Source: Acidobacteriota bacterium
Lineage (GTDB): Bacteria; Acidobacteriota; Vicinamibacteria; Vicinamibacterales; 2-12-FULL-66-21
Reading direction: 5' to 3'
Length of the DNA stretch: 49,424 nucleotides
Assembly (NCBI GenBank): GCA_046734675.1
Contig: JBKPRU010000021.1
Coordinates: 1 to 49,424 of the forward strand
Position numbers and translations under genes: made by a program. The stretch's first letter is position 1; each line of letters opens with the position of its first letter. Shown here piece after piece: positions 6,114-13,362 of this stretch. The notes beneath the pieces were generated by a model. It was given only the letters and a program-made list of their open reading frames with translations, was not told the DNA's origin and made no database searches.

Positions 6114-8723
6114 CCGGCCGCTCCCCTCCGAGCTCCTGTAGCTTCCGCCTTCAGGCGGAAGTCTCCGCCGCGGCGCTCGCCAGACACTCATCGCCATCAA
6201 CAACAACGCTGTCACTGTCGTGATAGTTAGACCCGTGAACAGGTCGCGCGGTCTGAACCGGAACCGTATCACGTGGCGTCCCGGCGCGAGATGGACGGCG
6301 CGATACATGCCGTTCGCACGCGTCATCTCCGCGGCAGCGCCGTCGACCTCGACGCGCCACGACGGATCGTAGGAATCGCGCAGGACGAGGAACCCGTCGC
6401 GCTCCAGGCCGGCTTCGAGGACGACCCGGTTCTCGCCGTCCTCGACAAACCGCGCGAACGGCGGCACCGGCGCACCCGCGATTCCGGCGGCTGCCGGCAC
6501 GAACGGCACCCGCAGGTCATCGTCGGGTACCGTCGCATCGAACAGCGCACGCTGCTGCCATGCCGGGTCTTCGCCGGTTTTTGCCTTCGACGCGATGAAC
6601 ACGCGCGTCGCGTCCGGGTCGCAGTCGACGAGCCGCATCGACCAGTGGGGCACTGAAGCGATGGTATGCAGCCACGGGCGGGCGGCGTCCGGCAGCACGC
6701 ACCAGCGGACGCCGGAACGGCGCAGGAAAAGCTCGCGCTCGCCCGCCGTCGCGCGCTCGAAGCGGCGCACCAGCCCCTCGTACTCCGCCGGCCACAACAC
6801 CGGGAGATCGTAGGACAGCGCCTCGCGCACCTGCCACCCGGACGGCGCCATCGGCAGCTCCGCGTTCAACTCCATCCGCCCTTCGATCGCGGTCGGCTCG
6901 GCCGGGATCTCCCATTTCTTCGAGGCGTCGGGATCTTCCGCGTTCATGAACCCGCGCACCCGGCCGCCGATGTAGAGCCGCGAGTCCCCGGCGAGCGCCG
7001 TGTACCACTGCGGCGGCGTCAGCTTCGCCAGGTCCATGGTCAGGTTCAGATCGGCGTTGGTGACGACCAGGTCCGCGCACATCGCGGCAAGGAGCAGGTA
7101 TGCCGCCGCGTGCGCGCGCGAACCCGATGAGATCGCGATGGCCAGCAGCGTCGCGGCCGCGAGCAGCATCGCGGCGACGCGTGCCGCCAGCGGCGGCGCC
7201 ACGCGCAGCAGAAACGGCGTACCCGTCACCGGCTCCACGTGCACGCGTGTCGCCAGAGCGGCCACCGCGCGCTCCGCCCTGGCCGCCGCGACAATCGGCA
7301 GGGCAATCGCGACTCCGATCGCCATCGCGAGGACGACGCAGCCAAGCGCCACGAACTTGATGCGCCTCCGCTTACCCGCGTCTGCGAGCGCCGCCCAGCC
7401 GTCCGCCGCGAGCACCGCGACCGCAAACGTCGTCACGACGAGGTACTTCACCGGGAAGCGGAAGTACGTAAGCGGCGATAGCAGACGCCTTACCAGCGGG
7501 TAGAACGGCGTGTAGCCGCCCATCGCCGCCAGGAAGAAGAGGACGGCCAGCAGCGCCCAAACGACGTTTCGGCGCGGACGCGCGACCAGCCCGGTCGCCG
7601 CGAGCGCGAGCACGAGCGGCCCGACGTAGATGGAGTAATAGAACGGCTCGCGTCCGCTATTGAACGGCGCCATCCACGGCATGTCCGCAAGGAACGCGTC
7701 GTAGTAGTTGCCGAAGAGATGCGGCGCGACGACTTCGAGCGCGCCCAGCGGATGCAGCGACCAGAAATCCGGCGTCGCCATGTTGCCGCGATGCGCCTGC
7801 ACCCCTGCCATCATCGTCGGCCAGAGTTGCACGGCCGCGAGCAGCGCGCCGAGAAGCAAACCCGCCACGACCCATGCGGCGGCTGTCATGCCGGGTCTAA
7901 AGACCCGGCCTACGTGTGATCGAACTTGTCGGGTGTCGGCCGCATCTTTACTGGTGTAGCCCGAGTCTTTAGACCCGCCTTTCTCGACGTAGGCCGGGTC
8001 TTTTGACCCGGCGTTCTCGACGTAGGCCGGGTCTTTTGACCCGGCGTTCTCCACGTAGGCCGGGTCTTTAGACCCGGCAATCTGCCATCCGCGCCACGCC
8101 GCATACGCGACGGCGACGACGGCCGTCGACGCCAGCGTGACCGGCTCACCGCAGAGCGCCTGCAGTGCGACGGCGACGGCCAGCGTGGCGAGCCGCCGCA
8201 TCGACGGCGAGTCGATCAGCCGATCCGCCGCGAGCAGCACGAGCGGCATGGCGGCGACCGACCACGACAGGTTCGGCGCGTTGAGCATCGACACGATCGG
8301 TCCAGACAGTCCGAACGCGATCGCGCCGGTTGCTGACGCGGCGTCGCGGTGCGTGCGCCGCAGGAATGCGAACATGCCGAGGCTGGCAATCGGCAGGGGC
8401 AGCGCCACCCAGAGATTGAAGGACACGACCTCGGACGGGAGCAGCCGGATCAACGCCGTGATCGGCATGACCAGCTGGTTCAACGCGTCGGCGATCGCCG
8501 ACTGCCCCGCCGCGACGTAGGGATCCCACAGCGGGAACGACCCCGAGAAGACGGTGCGTCGAAACCAGAGGTGTCGCGACCAGAAGAAGAACGACAGGTC
8601 GCGGACGAAGAAGATCCTTGAGAGCGTGAAGAGGCCGGCGATCGGCACGATCGAGAGCGCGACGACGAGCCCGGCCCAACGCGAGCGGAGCAAACCGTGC
8701 GTTCGGGACGCCGGGTCGGTCAC
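5559..8723 (-). CDS. YfhO-family polytopic membrane protein, copy A (GT-C-like). The reading frame has no stop until the pilin stop at 5559.
   Basis: The GTG at 8723 overlaps the stop of copy B (GTGA). FFVRDLSFFFWSRHLWFRRTVFSGSFPLWDPYVAAGQS..., C-terminal VLRDSYDPSWRVEVDGAAAEMTRANGMYRAVHLAPGRHVIRFRFRP. It is colinear with copy B throughout. The expected end (after ...SVWRAPRRR, about 6160) has no stop codon. Confidence 0.7.
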   Translation of the reverse strand: MTDPASRTHGLLRSRWAGLVVALSIVPIAGLFTLSRIFFVRDLSFFFWSRHLWFRRTVFSGSFPLWDPYVAAGQSAIADALNQLVMPITALIRLLPSEVVSFNLWVALPLPIASLGMFAFLRRTHRDAASATGAIAFGLSGPIVSMLNAPNLSWSVAAMPLVLLAADRLIDSPSMRRLATLAVAVALQALCGEPVTLASTAVVAVAYAAWRGWQIAGSKDPAYVENAGSKDPAYVENAGSKDPAYVEKGGSKDSGYTSKDAADTRQVRSHVGRVFRPGMTAAAWVVAGLLLGALLAAVQLWPTMMAGVQAHRGNMATPDFWSLHPLGALEVVAPHLFGNYYDAFLADMPWMAPFNSGREPFYYSIYVGPLVLALAATGLVARPRRNVVWALLAVLFFLAAMGGYTPFYPLVRRLLSPLTYFRFPVKYLVVTTFAVAVLAADGWAALADAGKRRRIKFVALGCVVLAMAIGVAIALPIVAAARAERAVAALATRVHVEPVTGTPFLLRVAPPLAARVAAMLLAAATLLAIAISSGSRAHAAAYLLLAAMCADLVVTNADLNLTMDLAKLTPPQWYTALAGDSRLYIGGRVRGFMNAEDPDASKKWEIPAEPTAIEGRMELNAELPMAPSGWQVREALSYDLPVLWPAEYEGLVRRFERATAGERELFLRRSGVRWCVLPDAARPWLHTIASVPHWSMRLVDCDPDATRVFIASKAKTGEDPAWQQRALFDATVPDDDLRVPFVPAAAGIAGAPVPPFARFVEDGENRVVLEAGLERDGFLVLRDSYDPSWRVEVDGAAAEMTRANGMYRAVHLAPGRHVIRFRFRPRDLFTGLTITTVTALLLMAMSVWRAPRRRLPPEGGSYRSSEGSGRLEAPRLPTSGGGDAQQGFTLIELMIVLAIIGIVLAIAFATYRNMHARGNEASAIASLRSIAAAQWQFAQTCGSQKYAASLPALGQPVPQSGEAFLSPDLTSADQFEKSGYLFAMTAKPVDGAAPACNGTAVAEGYAVTADPATPGISGERFFAINADRVLYEDAETYLEKMPETGNPGKGTEIK
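6077..6161. repeat. Family B (REP-like) hairpins occupying the junction between YfhO-like A and the pilin domain
   Basis: GTAG + CTTCCGCC-TTCA-GGCGGAAG at 6138-6161. A degenerate CTCCGCCTGAAGTCGGAAG and GGAAGCC-GCGG-GGCTTCC lie at 6077-6110. Confidence 0.8.
7890..8078. repeat. Family B REP array inside the YfhO-A coding frame: four direct GTAG+palindrome units at exact 33-nt spacing (7956, 7989, 8022, 8055) plus one inverted unit (7890-7913)
   Basis: GTAGGCCGGGTCTTTTGACCCGGC repeated. On the coding strand it translates as GSKDPAYVENA x3 without a stop. This segment has no counterpart in paralogue B. Confidence 0.9.
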
Positions 8724-11167
8724 GCGGCCGCTGTCGTGGCGGTCACCCGCGCCCGGCGCAGCCGCCGGTCGACCAGGCACCACGCGACCAGCGCGAGGGC
8801 CGCCGCGGCGGTAATCGACGCGCCGAGATATACGAGGCGGGGCTCGTAGGTGAAGGTGACGACGTGATTGCCGCGTGTCAGGTGGACGGCGCGGAAGGTG
8901 CCGTTGGCGCGCATGAGCGGCGCTGCCATGCCGTCGACGTCGACGGTCCAGTCCGGATCGTAGCTGTCGAACAGCGCGAGATAGCCGTCGGCCGGCAGAC
9001 CCGCACGAACGACGACGCGGTCGTGCGCGTCCTGGATGATGGCTGCAGATGCAGCGACCGCAGGGCCCTCGAGGCCCGCGGCCGCAGGGGGCCGCTCGCT
9101 GACGAGCACGCCCGTCCGCGGATCGAACCGCTGCTGGAATAGGCCCTCGATCTGCCACGGAATGTCCGGGCCGATCAGCGCGTCGGGCACGACCGTCACG
9201 CGCGTGGCGTCGGGGTGACATTCGTAGAGCTGCATCTGGGGAATGCCGCGCAGTGACGCGAGCGGCTTCGCGCCGGAATACGGCGGCGTCGGCAGCACGC
9301 AGAAACGAGTACCGATACGCTGCAGGACCCTCAGCCGCTCTTCGCGCGTGGCGCCGCGGAACCGTGTGATCAACCTGGCGTAGTCGAGCGGCCAGAGCAG
9401 CGGGAGATCGAACGAGATCGATTCGCGCACCTGCCATCCCGACGGCGAGTACATCAACTCGTTCACCGCGAGATACCGCGCGTCGGTCGGCGACGTGGCA
9501 TCCGGAGGACTCACCCACTTCGGCGCATCGGGATCCAGCGGATTGATCCAGCCTTCGAGACGGCCCCCCATGTAGAGGCGCTCCCCCGGATGCGCGTTCA
9601 TCACGTCCACCCACGCCGGCGGCCCCAGCGCCGCCGCGTTCATCGTCGGATTCACGTCGCTGTTGGACGCAGCCAGATCGACGACGAGGGCGACGCCGAG
9701 CACCGCGCGCGCGAACCGGCGCTCGCGGCGCGTCGAGATCGCGATGACCACGAGCAGACTCGTCGCCATCAGTTTGAGAAACAACGTGGTCAGCAGCGGC
9801 CGCGCACGGAAGATCAGGTATTCCGCGCCCTGGATGGGGAACGGCACGTGCGCGATCTCCGCGAGCCGATAGAAGACACGCGCGGGATGCGCCGGCGCGA
9901 TGAGCAACCACGCGACGACGACGTAGGCGCACACTCCGACAGCCGCCGCGAGCGCGGCGACGATGACCCCGCGCCGCCACCGAATCTCGCCGTCGAGAAT
10001 CGCCTGCCACCCGTACGCCGTCAGCGCGGCGAGCGCGAACGACCCGAGCGAGAGGTACTTCACGGGGAACCGGAACGCGCTCAGGCCCGGGACGACCTGC
10101 TGCAGTATCGGATAAATCGGTGTGTACGATCCGAGCGCCGCGACGACGGCAGCAAGTAGTGCCGTCGCCCAGAATGCGTGCTGCCGCCGACGAATCGTGG
10201 TTGCGAGTGCCGCGACCACCACGGCGACCACACCGACGTACATCGTGTAATAGAACGGCTCGCGCCCGCTGTTCAGCGCGACCATCCATGGGAGCTCGCG
10301 CAGATTCGAGCTGAAATAATCACCGTAGAAGTGCGGCACGAACAGCTCGAGCAGCGCGAGCGGGTGGAAGGCCCAGAAATCGTCGCCCGTCATCAGGCTG
10401 CGCACCGAGTGGCGGCTGGCGCCAAGCAGAGGCGCGAACTGGATGGCCGCGAGCACGAGCCCGAGGACGACGGCGGCGAGGGTCGTCGCCAGCGCGCGCG
10501 TGCGAGCGCGCCAGTCCGGAGCCGCGACGACGAGCGTGTAGGCCGCAGCCAGTGCGAGCGTGCCGGCGAGACTTACCGGCTCCCCCGCCAGTGCCTGCAT
10601 CGCGACGATCGCGGCGAGGGCAGCCGCCGTCGCCCCGGCCGGCCGGGTGAGCACGCGATCGATGGCCCAGAACACGTACGGAACCGCCGCGATCGACCAG
10701 GACAGGTTCGGAAAGTTCGTCGTCGAGACGATCGGGCCCGACAGCGCGAATGTGAGCGCGCCAATCGACGCCGGGACGTCGCGTACGTGCCGCCGCAGGA
10801 ACAGCCATGCGCCGAGGCAGGCGATCGGGACGGGCAGCGCGACCCAGAGATTCCAGGCGAGGATCTGCGGAAGCAGCAGCCGCAAGGCAAGCGTCGGCGG
10901 CAGGAACAACTGGTACAACGCGTCGCCCGCGGCCGACTGTCCCGACGCGGGGAACGGATCCCACCAGGGCCACTGCGCGGACGCAACCGTGCTCCGGAGC
11001 CACAGAAAGCGCGAATGAAACGCGAGCGTGAGATCGCGAACGAAGAACATCCGCGACGTCGTGAAGACGCCGGCGACGGGCACGAACGCGACGGCGGTGA
11101 CGATCAGGCCCCACGTCCACCCGGGCCAGGCACCGGGTGAGAAACGGGAGTGACGTTGTCGCAGCAT
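8720..11167 (-). CDS. YfhO-family polytopic membrane protein, copy B (GT-C-like)
   Basis: MLRQRHSRFSPGAWPGWTWGLIVTAVAFVPVAGVFTTSRMFFVRDLTLAFHSRFLWLRSTVASAQWPWWDPFPASGQSA..., C-terminal LFDSYDPDWTVDVDGMAAPLMRANGTFRAVHLTRGNHVVTFTYEP. I prefer ATG 11167, because the track start 11227 would place the pilA terminator hairpin inside the gene. Confidence 0.8.
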   Translation of the reverse strand: MLRQRHSRFSPGAWPGWTWGLIVTAVAFVPVAGVFTTSRMFFVRDLTLAFHSRFLWLRSTVASAQWPWWDPFPASGQSAAGDALYQLFLPPTLALRLLLPQILAWNLWVALPVPIACLGAWLFLRRHVRDVPASIGALTFALSGPIVSTTNFPNLSWSIAAVPYVFWAIDRVLTRPAGATAAALAAIVAMQALAGEPVSLAGTLALAAAYTLVVAAPDWRARTRALATTLAAVVLGLVLAAIQFAPLLGASRHSVRSLMTGDDFWAFHPLALLELFVPHFYGDYFSSNLRELPWMVALNSGREPFYYTMYVGVVAVVVAALATTIRRRQHAFWATALLAAVVAALGSYTPIYPILQQVVPGLSAFRFPVKYLSLGSFALAALTAYGWQAILDGEIRWRRGVIVAALAAAVGVCAYVVVAWLLIAPAHPARVFYRLAEIAHVPFPIQGAEYLIFRARPLLTTLFLKLMATSLLVVIAISTRRERRFARAVLGVALVVDLAASNSDVNPTMNAAALGPPAWVDVMNAHPGERLYMGGRLEGWINPLDPDAPKWVSPPDATSPTDARYLAVNELMYSPSGWQVRESISFDLPLLWPLDYARLITRFRGATREERLRVLQRIGTRFCVLPTPPYSGAKPLASLRGIPQMQLYECHPDATRVTVVPDALIGPDIPWQIEGLFQQRFDPRTGVLVSERPPAAAGLEGPAVAASAAIIQDAHDRVVVRAGLPADGYLALFDSYDPDWTVDVDGMAAPLMRANGTFRAVHLTRGNHVVTFTYEPRLVYLGASITAAAALALVAWCLVDRRLRRARVTATTAAA

Positions 11168-11196
11168 CAGGCGACGTGCAGGGTACCGGAGCACAT

Positions 11197-11230
11197 ATGA
11201 AAAGGCGAGGGATGTCCGAGCGGACATCCC
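11197..11230 (-). terminator. candidate intrinsic terminator after pilin 1
   Basis: Perfect 9-bp stem GGGATGTCC-GCTC-GGACATCCC (11209-11230), followed on the minus strand by TCGCCTTTTCAT. Confidence 0.55.
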
Positions 11231-11258
11231 TCGCTCGAAACCGACTGGCTGACGATCC

Positions 11259-11783
11259 TTACTGAATCGCCGACGCGCCCGACGGGGTCGCCGTGTCGCT
11301 CATGCCGCTGAGCGTCGCCGTGCCCTGCCAGATCGTGCCCGTGGTGTTGGAGCCGAAGAAGCGCGTGCCCGTCGAGCTCGACGAGGGATCCGCCCAGGAG
11401 TGATAGCCGGTCGAGAGCGACGAAGACGCCGCACCGTTGCACGCGGTTGCCGTGCCGCCGCCCGCGCCGTCCATGCCGACCAGGTAGCCGCTCTTCGACG
11501 CCGTCGCGGCCGCGCCGAGGTCCGGGCTGATGAACGCCGAGCCGCCCGAGGGACCGCTGCCCAGAATGTCGAGGGTCTTCGCGTACTGGCCGTTCGCGCA
11601 GCTCGCCGAGAACGTCGACTGCGCGCTGCTGATGGCGCGCAGCGAACCAATCGCTGACGCCTCGTTACCGGAGATGCGCGCCCGCAGCAGACCCGGGACC
11701 GCGATCGCCGCGATGATGCCGATGATCGCCACGACGATCAACAGCTCAATCAGCGTGAAGCCTTTCTGATTACGAACCTTCAT
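11259..11783 (-). CDS. pilA: type IV major pilin, paralogue 1
   Basis: MKVRNQK/GFTLIELLIVVAIIGIIAAIAVPGLL... AGGAG lies 9 nt upstream of ATG 11783. Two Cys and a Ser/Thr-rich C-terminal third. Confidence 0.9.
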   Translation of the reverse strand: MKVRNQKGFTLIELLIVVAIIGIIAAIAVPGLLRARISGNEASAIGSLRAISSAQSTFSASCANGQYAKTLDILGSGPSGGSAFISPDLGAAATASKSGYLVGMDGAGGGTATACNGAASSSLSTGYHSWADPSSSSTGTRFFGSNTTGTIWQGTATLSGMSDTATPSGASAIQ

Positions 11784-11870
11784 AGTGATGTACTCCTGAA
11801 TCACTCCGTGTGGCCGTGTCCACGTCGCTCGCCGCTTCGGCCACCGGCATGCGGCATGCGCGCGCGAAGA

Positions 11871-11885
11871 GCAACGGCGATGCCA
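11871..11885 (-). promoter_or_regulatory. sigma54 (-24/-12) promoter for pilin 1
   Basis: The minus strand reads TGGCAT-CGCCG-TTGC, exact consensus spacing (TGGCAC-N5-TTGC), 88 nt upstream of the ATG. A sigma54 activator (pilR) is adjacent. Confidence 0.7.
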
Positions 11886-11982
11886 CGTCAGCTGTAGCTC
11901 TGGCTGACAAGGACAAGTAATGTGGGTGGAATCGGTTACAGAGTATTAGACGCGCGACGAGGATGGCTGGCCGGAGCGGGGA

Positions 11983-12013
11983 GTGACAACTTTTGTCACC
12001 CGGGGACTGACAG
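11983..12013. promoter_or_regulatory. candidate enhancer (PilR-type) site: GTGACAA-CTT-TTGTCAC inverted repeat plus CTGACAGG
   Basis: About 100-130 nt upstream of the sigma54 promoter. GACAA/TTGTC motifs also occur at 11903-11916 and in the equivalent position upstream of pilin 2. Confidence 0.35.
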
Positions 12014-12020
12014 GAAACGT

Positions 12021-12060
12021 CACTCAGAAAAGAGGGCCGGCCGGTATGCCCGGACGGCCC
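12021..12060 (-). terminator. candidate intrinsic terminator after pilin 2
   Basis: GGGCCG.CCGG-loop-CCGG.CGGCCC hairpin (12034-12060), followed on the minus strand by TCTTTTCTG. Confidence 0.5.
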
Positions 12061-12085
12061 TCGCGGTGCCGCGTTCCTGGAGGTG

Positions 12086-12610
12086 TTACTGAATCGCCGA
12101 CGCGCCCGACGGCGTGGCCGTGTCGCTCATGCCGCTGAGCGTCGCGGTGCCCTGCCAGATCGTGCCCGTGGTGTTCGAGCCGAAGTAGCGGGTGCCCGTC
12201 GAGCTCGATGAGGGATCCGCCCAGGAGTGATAGCCGGTCGAGAGCGACGAAGACGCCGCGCCGTTGCAGGCGGTCGCCGTGCCGCCGCCCGCGCCGTCCA
12301 TGCCCACGCGGTAGCCGCTCTTCGTCGCGGTCGCCGCTGCGCCGAGGTCCGGGCTGATGAACGCCGAGCCGCCCGAGGGGCCCGTGCCGAGCACGTCCAT
12401 CGTCTTCGCGTACTGGCCGTTCGCGCAGCTCGCCGAGAAGGTCGACTGCGCGCTGCTGATGGCGCGCAGCGAACCGATCGCCGACGCCTCGTTGCCGGAG
12501 ATACGCGCCCGGAGCAGGCCCGGGACCGCAATCGCCGCGATGATGCCGATGATCGCCACGACGATCAGCAGCTCGATCAGGGTGAAACCTTTCTGGTTAC
12601 GCATCTTCAT
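12086..12610 (-). CDS. pilA: type IV major pilin, paralogue 2 (near-identical tandem copy of paralogue 1)
   Basis: MKMRNQK/GFTLIELL... It shows 7 amino-acid differences from paralogue 1 over 174 aa in my alignment. GGAG lies upstream of ATG 12610. Confidence 0.9.
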   Translation of the reverse strand: MKMRNQKGFTLIELLIVVAIIGIIAAIAVPGLLRARISGNEASAIGSLRAISSAQSTFSASCANGQYAKTMDVLGTGPSGGSAFISPDLGAAATATKSGYRVGMDGAGGGTATACNGAASSSLSTGYHSWADPSSSSTGTRYFGSNTTGTIWQGTATLSGMSDTATPSGASAIQ

Positions 12611-12682
12611 GACAAACAACTCCTCTGGGCCCGCGACACGGGTTCGTGAAATCCGAGGGAACTTGCGAATGCCGGGAGTTGA

Positions 12683-12697
12683 GCAAGGGGGATGCCG
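12683..12697 (-). promoter_or_regulatory. sigma54 (-24/-12) promoter for pilin 2
   Basis: The minus strand reads CGGCAT-CCCCC-TTGC. The spacing and flanks (…TTGCTC) match the pilin 1 promoter. Confidence 0.6.
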
Positions 12698-12816
12698 CGG
12701 AGGGGTCGAGGTGCGGGTCGCTGCCGTCAAATCCCTTGAAGTCAGTAACTTACCAGCGACGTCGAGCGGTCATTCTCACCCTCGCGAGGGCCGGAATCGC
12801 AGGACAATTCGCGGCA

Positions 12817-12847
12817 CTGACAATTAGTGGCTGCCACGATTTGTCAG
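12817..12847. promoter_or_regulatory. inverted repeat CTGACAA-N17-TTGTCAG (candidate enhancer site for pilin 2)
   Basis: It has the same GACAA/TTGTC motif and a similar distance to the sigma54 promoter as at pilin 1. No T-tract follows, so it is not a convincing terminator. Confidence 0.35.
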
Positions 12848-12852
12848 TCGGC

Positions 12853-13362
12853 TCACTGAATCGGGATGCCGGTCGACGGCGTGGCCGTGTCGCTCATGGC
12901 GTTCAGCGAGGACGAGGCCTGCCAGATCGTGCTCGTGGTGTTCGTCCCGAAATAGCGGACGCCGCTGTTCTCGGAGACCGGGTCGGCCCAGGCGTGGTAG
13001 CCGTTCGCGAGCGCCGTGGTGCCGTTGCATGCGGGCGATCCGGACGCGCCTGCGCCGGCGAGCGAAATCGAATACCCGCTCTTGACGGCGGTTGGCGCGC
13101 CGCCGAGATCGACGCTGAGGAACGGCTCGGTCCCGGACGGTCCGGTGCCGAGGATGTCGAGCGTCGCCGCATACAGGCCGTTCGCGCAGCTCCTCGAGAA
13201 CGTCGCCTGCGCGCTGCCGATCGCGCGGAGCGAGGCGATCGCGGACGCCTCGTTGCCGGAAATGCGCGCCCGCAGCAGCCCCGGCGTCGCAATGGCCGCA
13301 ATCGCCGCGATAATCGCCACGACGATGAGCAGTTCGACGAGCGTGAATCCGTTCTTCTTCAT
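12853..13362 (-). CDS. type IV pilin, paralogue 3 (divergent)
   Basis: [52 protein letters not shown]... Two Cys. ATG 13362 overlaps the pilR stop (ATGA). Confidence 0.88.
   Translation of the reverse strand: MKKNGFTLVELLIVVAIIAAIAAIATPGLLRARISGNEASAIASLRAIGSAQATFSRSCANGLYAATLDILGTGPSGTEPFLSVDLGGAPTAVKSGYSISLAGAGASGSPACNGTTALANGYHAWADPVSENSGVRYFGTNTTSTIWQASSSLNAMSDTATPSTGIPIQ

Noticed and set aside
7956-8078. A regularly spaced 33-nt repeat array here, and the 53-nt repeats at 32651-32809, as possible CRISPR arrays.
   Set aside because: There are no unique spacers, since the units are contiguous tandem repeats. The repeat is the same palindrome found singly elsewhere. No cas genes or leader are present.
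8724-10289. Upstream 520 codons of the 1,576-aa track ORF 5559..10289.
   Set aside because: This part overlaps YfhO-like copy B in another frame and is Arg/Gly/Ala-rich nonsense. Protein-like sequence begins at the GTG at 8723, which overlaps the copy B stop.
11168-11227. Longer N-terminus for YfhO-like copy B starting at 11227.
   Set aside because: The extra 20 codons contain the perfect 9-bp terminator hairpin that follows pilin 1. They do not align with paralogue A. ATG 11167 is preferred.
12817-12847. The inverted repeat just downstream of pilin 3 as its intrinsic terminator.
   Set aside because: It has a 7-bp stem with a 17-nt loop and no following T-tract on the minus strand. It is retained only as a low-confidence regulatory (enhancer-like) site.
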